25,839 nucleotides of DNA. Source: a virus. Lineage: Duplodnaviria; Caudoviricetes. Position numbers and translations under genes: made by a program. A model generated the notes under the pieces. It had not been told where the DNA came from. It searched no databases and saw only the letters and a program-made list of their open reading frames with translations. Of the stretch, positions 16,681 to 25,287 are shown one piece after another (the first letter of the stretch is position 1; each line of letters begins with the position of its first letter). The stretch is from IMG/VR virus record IMGVR_UViG_3300031644_000520, positions 1 to 25,839 of that record. One strand, 5' to 3'.

Positions 16681-16962
16681 ATGGGAATACATATTGGAAA
16701 GCACGAAAGATCAACGTCATGGATTGGTAGGTTTGATCCTAAAGATCCAAGAGATATGGCTGAATTTGCAATAGTCAAGCAAATTGTAAAAGCTTGTAAT
16801 TCTAAAAATCAAAAGTTTAGAGTAGAGAAAAAAGGTAGGAAACCAACTAACGGTTTTAATTACTTTGGCGATCCTAAAGGTGGTATGAAGAACGCTACTT
16901 TATGGGATGTGTATGTTTATAAAAGAACATACGATTATTATAATCAAAGGAGAATTGGATAA
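16681..16962 (+). CDS. Hypothetical basic protein
   Basis: Start moved to ATG 16681 after AGGAG RBS; TAATG overlap with rnh. Confidence 0.75.
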   Translation: MGIHIGKHERSTSWIGRFDPKDPRDMAEFAIVKQIVKACNSKNQKFRVEKKGRKPTNGFNYFGDPKGGMKNATLWDVYVYKRTYDYYNQRRIG

Positions 16963-17816
16963 TGATTATTGTTGACTACAGCGGTATTGCACTGGCTAGT
17001 ATTATTATTAATAAAACTAATGACGAAAGTATGATTCGTCATATGATACTAAATTCACTTAGAATGTATCATAAAAGATATAAAGGTGTGTATGGCGAAA
17101 TGGTTCTTGCAGTCGATGCTACAAACAATTGGCGTAAGAAAGTATTTCCACAGTACAAAGCTAGCCGTAAGAAAAACAGGCAAGAGTCTACATTCGATTG
17201 GAATGAAGCATTTCGTTTACTTACTTTAGTAAGAGAAGAAATTGCAGAAAACTTTCCTTATAAGGTTATTAGAATAGATACGTGCGAAGCAGACGATATC
17301 ATTGGTGCTCTTGTAATGAAAAAATCTAAAGTCGAATTTAATCCAGAAAAAATTATGATTGTTTCTTCAGATAGAGATTTCTTACAATTACAGAAATTTC
17401 CTAATGTAAAGCAGTTCTCGCCTCTTCTTAAGAAAGAACTTAAAGAAGATAATGCTAGATATTATTTACTTAATCATATTATACGTGGTGATAAAAGCGA
17501 TGGTGTACCAAATATTTTATCTAATGATGATACGTTTGTAGAAGGTTTTAGACAAACACCTATGACACAAAAGAAAGTAGATAGTATCATTGAAGACTTA
17601 GAAGAAGGTGAATTATTATACGCTGCTTCTTGGTATCGCAATTATCTTAGAAATGAACAATTGATTGCCCTTACTGAAACACCACAAAACTTATATAATG
17701 AAATTATAAATACATATGAAAATCAAGATCCTTGGTCTAATAAAGGTAAAGTATTACCTTATTTAATTGCTAAGCGTTGTAATAATTTAATATCAAGTGT
17801 ACAGGAGTTTATTTAA
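16962..17816 (+). CDS. rnh: T4-type RNase H (5'-3' exonuclease, FEN family)
   Basis: IIVD, WRKKVFPQYKASRKK, EADDII, SSDRDFLQL, GDKSDGVPNI. Confidence 0.95.
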   Translation: MIIVDYSGIALASIIINKTNDESMIRHMILNSLRMYHKRYKGVYGEMVLAVDATNNWRKKVFPQYKASRKKNRQESTFDWNEAFRLLTLVREEIAENFPYKVIRIDTCEADDIIGALVMKKSKVEFNPEKIMIVSSDRDFLQLQKFPNVKQFSPLLKKELKEDNARYYLLNHIIRGDKSDGVPNILSNDDTFVEGFRQTPMTQKKVDSIIEDLEEGELLYAASWYRNYLRNEQLIALTETPQNLYNEIINTYENQDPWSNKGKVLPYLIAKRCNNLISSVQEFI

Positions 17817-18235
17817 TGAAACAATATGTTTATGAAGTTTTAGAAGAAATGGCTAAACAAAGAAGTCGGGATGATAAAGTGCGTGTTTTAAAAGAAAATG
17901 AAACATATGCTTTAAAAGATATTATAAGAGGCTCCATGGATGACACCATTGAATGGAATATGCCAGCTGGAGATCCTCCATATACTGCATGTGCAGCTCA
18001 TAATCATCCTACTACTTTAACAAAACAAAACGGTACTTTTAGATTTTTTGTCAAAGGCGGTCAAGGCGACAAAATGGCAAAATTTAAAAGAGAACAACTC
18101 TTTATAGGAATACTTGAAGGCGTACATCCTGAAGATGCCAAACTCGTTGTTAACATGATAAACAAAAGAAAAATACCAGGAATTTCAAGACCAGTAGTAG
18201 AAGAAGCTTTTCCTAAACTATTGCCGAAAGCTTAA
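17816..18235 (+). CDS. Hypothetical protein (139 aa)
   Basis: Coupled to rnh; KREQLFIGILEGVHPEDA pattern looks like a conserved T4-like phage protein of unknown function. Confidence 0.75.
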   Translation: MKQYVYEVLEEMAKQRSRDDKVRVLKENETYALKDIIRGSMDDTIEWNMPAGDPPYTACAAHNHPTTLTKQNGTFRFFVKGGQGDKMAKFKREQLFIGILEGVHPEDAKLVVNMINKRKIPGISRPVVEEAFPKLLPKA

Positions 18236-18261
18236 TTTGAAATCAATTGAAAAAACAACTG

Positions 18262-18290
18262 TGTACAAACTGCAAAAAACATGGTATAAT
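18262..18290 (+). promoter_or_regulatory. Early-type promoter
   Basis: -35 TGTACA 18262-18267, 17 bp spacer, TGG-TATAAT 18285-18290; A-rich UP-like tract; no palindrome. Confidence 0.82.
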
Positions 18291-18317
18291 TAATATATTA
18301 TTTAAGAAGGTGAAAGT

Positions 18318-18890
18318 ATGAATATTTTTGTGTTACACAAAGACCCAGCAAAAGCTGCTATAATGATGTGTGATAAACACATACCTAAAATGATTATCGA
18401 AGCAGCGCAAATGCTATGTACATCTCATAGGTTACTTGACGGTTCACCTGAAAGACGCAGGTCTAAGTCTGGTAAAACTATGCAGCAATATTATACATTT
18501 AGTGATAGCCGTGATGATGTATACTACGCAGCAGTTCACAAATATCATCCATGTACTGTGTGGACTATGAAAAGCTTAGAAAACTACATATGGCATTATG
18601 AACATTTTGTAGCACTTTCTCAAGAATTCGAATTTCGTAGAAATAAAAAACATGCAACATACGAAAAACTAGGTGATGTGCTCGCTACTCCACCTATAAA
18701 TATACCAGATGTTGGTCTTACTGAATTTGCGCAGGCAATGTCTCAATATCCGGATTGTATTGTTAAAGGTAATGCAGTACAAGCATACAGAAATTATTAC
18801 CACACAGCAAAACCATTTGCCAAATGGGACTGGGGAAGATCAGCTCCTGATTGGTGGGAAGGATATCAAGGTGCCGACTTACACAGTTAA
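18318..18890 (+). CDS. Pyrimidine-dimer DNA glycosylase (DenV/Pyr_excise)-related protein
   Basis: MNIF.L..DP..AA...CDKH..KM..E.AQML and H..HPCT.W motifs of this phage family; activity unproven. Confidence 0.65.
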   Translation: MNIFVLHKDPAKAAIMMCDKHIPKMIIEAAQMLCTSHRLLDGSPERRRSKSGKTMQQYYTFSDSRDDVYYAAVHKYHPCTVWTMKSLENYIWHYEHFVALSQEFEFRRNKKHATYEKLGDVLATPPINIPDVGLTEFAQAMSQYPDCIVKGNAVQAYRNYYHTAKPFAKWDWGRSAPDWWEGYQGADLHS

Positions 18891-19101
18891 GCCTTTAGAA
18901 GAAGGTGATGAATACGATATATTTATTAAGTCAGATGAATTACAAGATTATTTGACTAAACATAATTGTATAAAAGTAATGAAATTTCCAGGAATTGTTT
19001 CTGGTCAAGGTAGTTTATTGTCAAAAACTGATAATGGATGGAAAGATAACCTTCGTAGAATTAAAGCAGGTTCTGGTAGAGGTAACACTATAAAGGTATA
19101 G
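18871..19101 (+). CDS. FmdB-like small regulatory protein lacking zinc-ribbon cysteines
   Basis: GTG start after GAAGGA giving MPTY; C-terminal GWKDNLRRIK pattern as in T4-like FmdB homologues. Confidence 0.55.
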   Translation: MPTYTVKPLEEGDEYDIFIKSDELQDYLTKHNCIKVMKFPGIVSGQGSLLSKTDNGWKDNLRRIKAGSGRGNTIKV

Positions 19102-19111
19102 GAGTGTAGTA

Positions 19112-19378
19112 ATGAATACATTTTTCATAGTAGTAACGTTTGTATTAGCATCAACTCAAGAAATTGATAGACCTTTGTTTGTGTTTGCTAAACCTACTTT
19201 TGAAAGCAATATTGATTGTTATGAATACGTACAAAAAAACAATATGAATATATATAGAACAGCAGCTAATCGCTACAATTTTGAGCATAAGCCTGAAGCT
19301 ATATTTTGTGTTAACGAAGAAGCAATAAAGGAAATATTTAAATATAATGCACCAACAATTGAAAAGAAAAGTATTTGA
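19112..19378 (+). CDS. Hypothetical protein with N-terminal signal/TM segment
   Basis: AGGAG RBS; hydrophobic N-terminus; two Cys. Confidence 0.7.
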   Translation: MNTFFIVVTFVLASTQEIDRPLFVFAKPTFESNIDCYEYVQKNNMNIYRTAANRYNFEHKPEAIFCVNEEAIKEIFKYNAPTIEKKSI

Positions 19379-20039
19379 ACATGAACCAGTTGATATCGGT
19401 TATAAAGATTTGGACGCTACAACTACAGAATCAGGCAGAACTTATGCTATTCCTGATGGTAAGTCTTATCCTAGTATTACAACAGTTCTAAGTATTCTAA
19501 GTGAAGATGCTATAAGAGCTTGGCGTGCAAGAGTAGGTGAAGAACAAGCTAATATGATTAGTGGTAAAGCTTCAAGACGCGGTACTAACGTTCACAACGC
19601 ATTAGAGAAGTATTTAAGTAATGAAGATACAACAAAAGAATTACCACACATCAGGCAAAGCCTTGAAAATCTCAAACCTGTCCTTGATGATAATATTGGA
19701 AAAATATATGGTCTCGAGGTGCCGCTTTTTAGTCACCATTTGAAACTTGCAGGTCGATGCGACGTTATTGCAGAATTCAATGGAGTACCCTCAATAATTG
19801 ATTTTAAAACTTCTAAATATATAAAGAAGAAAGAAAGAATCACAAACTATTTCGCACAAGGTGCAGCATATGCTATCATGTGGGAAGAAAGAACGGGAAT
19901 GTCAATACCTAATATTGTAATTGTAATGGATGTTGATCATGAAAAACCGTGTGTGTTCGTAGAACATAGAGATAACTGGACTAAATTATTAGAGGATACA
20001 ATTGATGAATATAGAAAACGAAAAATGTTTGGACACTGA
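19347..20039 (+). CDS. PD-(D/E)xK (RecB-like) exonuclease
   Basis: YPSITTVL, RGTNVH, E...AGRCD...IIDFKTS, Q..AYA motifs. Confidence 0.9.
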   Translation: MHQQLKRKVFEHEPVDIGYKDLDATTTESGRTYAIPDGKSYPSITTVLSILSEDAIRAWRARVGEEQANMISGKASRRGTNVHNALEKYLSNEDTTKELPHIRQSLENLKPVLDDNIGKIYGLEVPLFSHHLKLAGRCDVIAEFNGVPSIIDFKTSKYIKKKERITNYFAQGAAYAIMWEERTGMSIPNIVIVMDVDHEKPCVFVEHRDNWTKLLEDTIDEYRKRKMFGH

Positions 20040-20040
20040 T

Positions 20041-20271
20041 ATGCCGTTGGGATTAACACGTGTTGTTCAATTAAGGTATGAGTTTGAAGAACTTACCAGA
20101 AGTTATAATATGGATGTATCTGGTTCAGATATAAATACTATAGAATGGTTTATTGAAAATGGCTATAAGTCAAATTCACTTCGTAATGGATTTAGTGATG
20201 CACTAGCAACAGCGAAGATAATAAAGGAGTTCTACAATGGCGGCACAAAAACAACTGGAACCAGGGAGTAA
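20041..20271 (+). CDS. Hypothetical protein
   Basis: Fills the gap in the operon; start uncertain (20002 or 20041). Confidence 0.6.
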   Translation: MPLGLTRVVQLRYEFEELTRSYNMDVSGSDINTIEWFIENGYKSNSLRNGFSDALATAKIIKEFYNGGTKTTGTRE

Positions 20272-20572
20272 GTACGAAGGTTTCGACAAAGATGGCGATG
20301 GAATAGTAACAGACGAAGAATTTGAAATGGAACAAAAATTAGTAATGTTAGAGAATGAAGATAAAAAACAAGACGCTCAAAGAAACATGGCATGGTTTGC
20401 TTTAGGTGGAATGCTACTTTATCCTGCATTTGTTATTATTGCTACGTTATTTGGATTAGATAAAGCTGCTAAAATCTTAGGAGATATGGCAGCAGTTTAC
20501 TTTGTATCTGTTGCTGCAATCGTTGCAGCATTCTATGGTAAAGAAGCATTGGCAAATAAAGTAAAAAAATAA
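20237..20572 (+). CDS. EF-hand-containing two-TM membrane protein (holin-like topology)
   Basis: AAGGAG RBS; DKDGDGIVTDEE canonical EF loop; two hydrophobic helices; basic C-terminus. Confidence 0.7.
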   Translation: MAAQKQLEPGSKYEGFDKDGDGIVTDEEFEMEQKLVMLENEDKKQDAQRNMAWFALGGMLLYPAFVIIATLFGLDKAAKILGDMAAVYFVSVAAIVAAFYGKEALANKVKK

Positions 20573-20587
20573 AATAAGGATTTTGTT

Positions 20588-21397
20588 ATGAAAAGACTAA
20601 TATATCAAGTTTATACTGGTAAAAAATCGAAGTTGTATGACCACTGTACAGCTTCGGTTAAAGCATATGCTGAAAGAATTAACAGCGAAGAAAGTCCTAA
20701 AAATGGTGTAGAGTACATAGTACAAACACAGCCTATAATGAAAATCAAACCTGATATCTTTGCTACAAATAGAAGCAAAGAGTCATATGAAAAATATGGT
20801 GGATTTCTTCCCATCTATGAAAAAGAAAATGCATTTGATTTTTGGAATAAATATGATCAAATAGCAATCATAGATGCTGACATATGGATAAGGCCAGACT
20901 CACCTAATATCTTTAATGAACTAAAACCTGAAACTGATTTTGCTGGTGTTGTAGAAAGATCTGCACCTATTTTACCTTGGTATCAACAAAAGTTAAGTGG
21001 ATATACAAGAATGCAATATGGTTCTTTAGATGATGTTGACTGGAAATGGAATAATTCTGGTGGACATTTTTATAATATGGGTCTTATGTTATTAGATAGA
21101 AATATAGCGAAGTATTTAAAAGGACAAACTGGAAAACAGTTCATAGAAAGATCTGAATTTAAAAGATTTGTAGATGGTCTAGGCGCATGGAAATGGAGCA
21201 CTGACCAAACTCTTTTAAACTATTGGGTTAAAAAAGAAAATATGATACAAAAAGAATTAAGTTGGAAATGGAATGCTTTATTTACAGCAATACCAGATGA
21301 AAAAGTTAAAGAAGCTTATTTTGTCCATTTCTTTCTTAAAGATAAATTACCAAACGGTGGTGAAAACGTTGATCAATTAATGGAGATTGTACAATGA
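20588..21397 (+). CDS. GT-A glycosyltransferase (GT8-like)
   Basis: IIDADIW DxD motif, YNMGLML, DQTLLN, WNAL, FVHF. Confidence 0.85.
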   Translation: MKRLIYQVYTGKKSKLYDHCTASVKAYAERINSEESPKNGVEYIVQTQPIMKIKPDIFATNRSKESYEKYGGFLPIYEKENAFDFWNKYDQIAIIDADIWIRPDSPNIFNELKPETDFAGVVERSAPILPWYQQKLSGYTRMQYGSLDDVDWKWNNSGGHFYNMGLMLLDRNIAKYLKGQTGKQFIERSEFKRFVDGLGAWKWSTDQTLLNYWVKKENMIQKELSWKWNALFTAIPDEKVKEAYFVHFFLKDKLPNGGENVDQLMEIVQ

Positions 21398-21729
21398 AAT
21401 GGTTATATTTTATATTAACATATATGTTAGTATGCATTACTGCTGCTGTAGCAGGTGAATGGAACGAAAAACCAGTTATGTGCGAACAAAAAGAAATAGC
21501 ACTTGAAATAGTAAAAGCTAAAGGTGAACTACCTTTAATTACAGCAGTGCAAAGCGTAAAGGTTAGAGAAGAGCAAGGCCTTGCAGCTACACCAGTTCAT
21601 ACACCTTTGCAAATATTTGTAAACTTTAAAACTAAAACATTTAGTATATTAGAATTTCATCCACATATAAACTCAATATGCGTTATTGGATATGGTGATG
21701 ATTGGAAAACTTTAGGAAACCCAAGTTAA
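21394..21729 (+). CDS. Hypothetical secreted/membrane-anchored protein
   Basis: Signal-peptide-like N-terminus ending AVA; ATGA and TAATG coupling. Confidence 0.7.
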   Translation: MKWLYFILTYMLVCITAAVAGEWNEKPVMCEQKEIALEIVKAKGELPLITAVQSVKVREEQGLAATPVHTPLQIFVNFKTKTFSILEFHPHINSICVIGYGDDWKTLGNPS

Positions 21730-22070
21730 TGAAAATTGAAATTGAAATAAGTATGGCTGAATACATAGATAAGTATTCAATACTATTAATAAAACAAGAC
21801 CACGAACTCGATGTTTCAAAAGAGTTAGAGCAATATGAAAGTCTGGATTTAGAATATCCAGGATTTGATTATTACTTAGGAATTATGTTAGCAATCAATG
21901 AGCAGTTGTGGGACTTAGAAGACGTTAAAAGAAAAGGTGTAGAAAGATTCAGTAAAGAAGAATCTGATACTGCATTTCTTATTACACAAATAAATGATTT
22001 AAGACACGAAACAAAGAAACGCATTGACATATATTTTGGAAGTGAAATTACTGAAAAGAAAAGTCATTGA
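21729..22070 (+). CDS. DUF6165-like helical protein
   Basis: IEIS..E.IDK.SIL.IK...N..LWDLED..R...ND.R...K..I.....SEI.E.KS pattern. Confidence 0.7.
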   Translation: MKIEIEISMAEYIDKYSILLIKQDHELDVSKELEQYESLDLEYPGFDYYLGIMLAINEQLWDLEDVKRKGVERFSKEESDTAFLITQINDLRHETKKRIDIYFGSEITEKKSH

Positions 22071-22837
22071 AACATATAGCATTAAGATCTAAAAGTGTAA
22101 GAAGCGGTGATAGACCATACACAACTCCAGGACTTGGTGATAGATCTCATAGTATTTTATGTGCATACCAATATAGTAAAGCTCACAATTCGCCTGTAAC
22201 ACTTCATTTAACTGATGATAAATGGAGCATTGCTGGTGGAGTTCCTTCTGATAAAAAAAAGAACTCATGGGTAGAATTACTTGGATTGCTACCATCTGGC
22301 ACAGTTTATGTTGAGCCGCATCCAGTTGAAAATCTATCAGAAGTTGATTGGATAAGATATTTAAAATCAAAAGGAATAGATGGATACATTTATCATTACG
22401 CTGATACTATTCATATGCATGCTAATGAAACACGTGTTGGCATAGAAATGTCACAATACTTAAAAACCTTACCACAATTAGAACCATCTGTTTCTAGCGG
22501 TTGGTTACCAGATGAGTTTATTACTGTGCAATGGGATTCAACTGATGAACGAAGAACTTTACCAGAAAATGTAAGAAACGAAATACATAGTAAATATGGA
22601 TGTCCAGCATTGTATGTAGGTGGAGAAGGTAAAGGTTGGCTAAAAAATTCATTACCTCATATTGGTTTAGCTATGTCTAAAGCTAAATACCATGTAGGCA
22701 GTGATTCTGGTATGATGCACATTGCGCAATTATACAAGAAATATGAAGACATACATATATATGATGCACCAGGTTCGTATAGATCTCATCATCTAGTGCG
22801 AGCTATTAGTAACGGATCTAAACACACGAAAGTTTAA
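22067..22837 (+). CDS. GT-B glycosyltransferase (GT9/heptosyltransferase-like)
   Basis: GLGD N-terminal motif and HVGSDSGMMHIA nucleotide-sugar-binding motif. Confidence 0.75.
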   Translation: MKHIALRSKSVRSGDRPYTTPGLGDRSHSILCAYQYSKAHNSPVTLHLTDDKWSIAGGVPSDKKKNSWVELLGLLPSGTVYVEPHPVENLSEVDWIRYLKSKGIDGYIYHYADTIHMHANETRVGIEMSQYLKTLPQLEPSVSSGWLPDEFITVQWDSTDERRTLPENVRNEIHSKYGCPALYVGGEGKGWLKNSLPHIGLAMSKAKYHVGSDSGMMHIAQLYKKYEDIHIYDAPGSYRSHHLVRAISNGSKHTKV

Positions 22838-22841
22838 TATT

Positions 22842-23462
22842 ATGATGGCAACACACACAAATAAAGACTCACCTGCTATAATGCATCTTATAAAAGAAGG
22901 TACTATAGGTGCTGAAATTGGTATTTGGATGGGTAACACTTCAACACAATTTCTTAAGAAAGGTCTTAAAAAGTTTTATATGGTTGACGCATATTCAATA
23001 GAACCGTATACAAATTCAACAGAAGTAGACTTTCAAATCTATCTTGCAAAATATGCAGCCATTACTGGTGAAATTGCACCAGCTGGTTTTCAAAGATACT
23101 ATGATAGAGTTTATGAAGAAATAAAATCTAGATTTGAAAGCATTAAAGAAACTGTAATATGCCGTACAACATCAGACAAATGGTTTGAGCAATTTGATGG
23201 TGAAAAATTAGATTGGATTTACGTTGATGGCGATCATTCATACGAAGGTTGTTTAAAAGATTTAAATAATGCAATGAAAATAGTTAAACCTGGTGGAAAA
23301 ATATTAGGTGATGATTATGGTTGGCCAAAAAAAGATGATGACGACGAATCTATATATCATAAGCCTGGTGTAACAAAGGCAGTAGATACATTTATAAATA
23401 ATAATAACTTAACCAAGCACATATTTAGACATGGGCAAACACAATTCGAGATTCGAGTATGA
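22842..23462 (+). CDS. Class I SAM-dependent methyltransferase (Methyltransf_24-like)
   Basis: AEIGIWMG, DWIYVDGDHSYEG..D, KPGG...GDDY. Confidence 0.9.
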   Translation: MMATHTNKDSPAIMHLIKEGTIGAEIGIWMGNTSTQFLKKGLKKFYMVDAYSIEPYTNSTEVDFQIYLAKYAAITGEIAPAGFQRYYDRVYEEIKSRFESIKETVICRTTSDKWFEQFDGEKLDWIYVDGDHSYEGCLKDLNNAMKIVKPGGKILGDDYGWPKKDDDDESIYHKPGVTKAVDTFINNNNLTKHIFRHGQTQFEIRV

Positions 23463-24547
23463 AAAGATACACAGTTACTTACGAAGTAGACGGTCCTGAT
23501 ATTCCAAAAATAGCTCATGAAATTGCTATTGGTCAGAGCATAGGAAATCCTAACATTAGATCTGAAATAGAAAATGCTACAAACGTAAAAGAATATATAG
23601 CGCAGGTTGTAAGTGTAAAGAAAAATATTGTTACTATAGAGTTTCCTCTTGGTGCATTTGATTGGCCAAATATTAATCAATTGATGTGCATTATAATGGG
23701 CGGTCATACCGATATTTTAGGTATTGACAAATGCAGAGTAATAGATATAAAAGTTCCAATTAAACATACACCACCTGTTTTAGGTATGAGTGGATGGAAG
23801 AAAAGATTAGGTGCAGAAAAAAGACCATTATTTGGTGCTATTGTTAAACCTAAGTCTGGTCTAAATAAAGAACAACTATTATCTTTAGTTAAAGACATGA
23901 TATACGGTGGCGCTGACTTTATTAAAGAAGATGAGATTATGGCAAATAATTCTTATTTACCTTTGGAAACAAGAGTTGAAGCCATTGAGCACTTAAAACA
24001 AATATCTGGTTGGAAAGGCTTTTATGCATATTGCATTAATGCAGATCCTTTAGAATTAGTAGATAACTGTGCTGCAGTAAAGATGGGTAGTAACAGTGAA
24101 GCTTCGGTCGGTGGAGTACACATTAATTTTTGGTCAGGTTTAGGTGCTTATACAACTGCAAGAAAATACAATTTAGCAACACACTATCAAAGATCAGGTA
24201 TACGTATTTTAACTGATCCAGGTAATAGGTATTCGTTATCTTGGCCAGTTCTAGTAAAACTTGGCTGCATGGCAGGCATTGATAGTATGCATGTTGGTAT
24301 GCTAGGCGGATATTATCCGGAAGGCGAAAGTGAAACAGAAACACTTGAAGCAATTAAGATCTGTGCTAAGTATAATGTTATACCGTCATTAAGTTGTGGT
24401 ATGAATCCTGTACTTGCAAGAGAAATTAAAGAACGAATTGGAAATAATTGGATGGGATCAGTCGGTGGCTGGTTACATACAGGTGACGGTACTAAAGGTA
24501 ACACTTTGTACCATAAAGTGAAAGAAATGAGTGAGGCGATGTTATAA
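23459..24547 (+). CDS. RuBisCO-like protein (form IV RLP)
   Basis: RPLFGAIVKPKSGL, GGADFIKEDE (carbamylation motif variant), Y..IN, LSCG, GG. Loop-6 Lys and several carboxylase residues are substituted. Confidence 0.9.
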   Translation: MKRYTVTYEVDGPDIPKIAHEIAIGQSIGNPNIRSEIENATNVKEYIAQVVSVKKNIVTIEFPLGAFDWPNINQLMCIIMGGHTDILGIDKCRVIDIKVPIKHTPPVLGMSGWKKRLGAEKRPLFGAIVKPKSGLNKEQLLSLVKDMIYGGADFIKEDEIMANNSYLPLETRVEAIEHLKQISGWKGFYAYCINADPLELVDNCAAVKMGSNSEASVGGVHINFWSGLGAYTTARKYNLATHYQRSGIRILTDPGNRYSLSWPVLVKLGCMAGIDSMHVGMLGGYYPEGESETETLEAIKICAKYNVIPSLSCGMNPVLAREIKERIGNNWMGSVGGWLHTGDGTKGNTLYHKVKEMSEAML

Positions 24548-25287
24548 TGAAAGTGATACTACCTATGGCTGGAAACGGCCAAAGATTTTTTGATGATGGA
24601 TATGATTTACCAAAACCTTTAATTGATATTAAAGGAAAGCCAATGTTTAAGCGTGTAGTGGATAATCTACATCTTAATGGAAACGTACAATTAACTTGCA
24701 TTGTAAGACAAGATCATGTTGATAATTACGATATTGATAAAAGAATAAAAGAACATTATAAAGATGCTAATATATTAGTGTCTCCAGGCCCCACAGAAGG
24801 AGCTGCATCTACTGTAAGATTAGCAACTTCTATGTTTGGTGGCGAAGCTATGATAGTTGCAAACTGTGATCAACTTATGGATTGGGATTCTAAAAAGTTT
24901 TATAAAATGATTGAACTCAGTTTATATCCTGGTGGACTCATACCAGTTTTTATAACAGATCCTAGTCATATTAATCCAATTCACAGTTATTGTGATGTTG
25001 ATGCTTATGATAATTTACTTCAACTTAGAGAAAAAGAAATAATTAGTAATCTTGCTACAGTTGGTGTTTATTATTTTGGTGATGAAGTTAAATGGATTAA
25101 AGCGCATGAAAAACAAATGGATGCCAATGATAGAACTAATGATGAATTTTACTTAGCGCCTACATATAACTATTTAGAAGAAAATGTTGGAGTGTTTCGT
25201 GTAAAGAAAATGATAGGTATGGGAACTCCAGAAGAATTAAACAATTTAAAAAATAGTGAATATTGGGATAAACTTGAGGATTTATAA
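24547..25287 (+). CDS. Sugar-phosphate nucleotidyltransferase (NTP transferase family)
   Basis: ILPMAGNGQRF, LPKPLI, TEGAA, NCDQ, EKE, EFYLAP.YN, GTPEEL. Confidence 0.88.
   Translation: MKVILPMAGNGQRFFDDGYDLPKPLIDIKGKPMFKRVVDNLHLNGNVQLTCIVRQDHVDNYDIDKRIKEHYKDANILVSPGPTEGAASTVRLATSMFGGEAMIVANCDQLMDWDSKKFYKMIELSLYPGGLIPVFITDPSHINPIHSYCDVDAYDNLLQLREKEIISNLATVGVYYFGDEVKWIKAHEKQMDANDRTNDEFYLAPTYNYLEENVGVFRVKKMIGMGTPEELNNLKNSEYWDKLEDL

Noticed and set aside
19347-20039. Cas4 or a CRISPR system
   Set aside because: RecB-like motifs only, no four-Cys Fe-S cluster pattern, no other cas genes and no repeat-spacer array in the window.
20130-23400. T4 late promoters TATAAATA at 20130-20137 and 23393-23400
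   Set aside because: Both lie inside coding sequence, and several chance copies are expected in DNA this AT-rich; unsupported without TSS data.
23459-24547. Carbon-fixing RuBisCO (rbcL/cbbM)
   Set aside because: Only 362 aa; loop-6 Lys, H294, N123 and E60 equivalents are substituted; no small subunit or phosphoribulokinase nearby.
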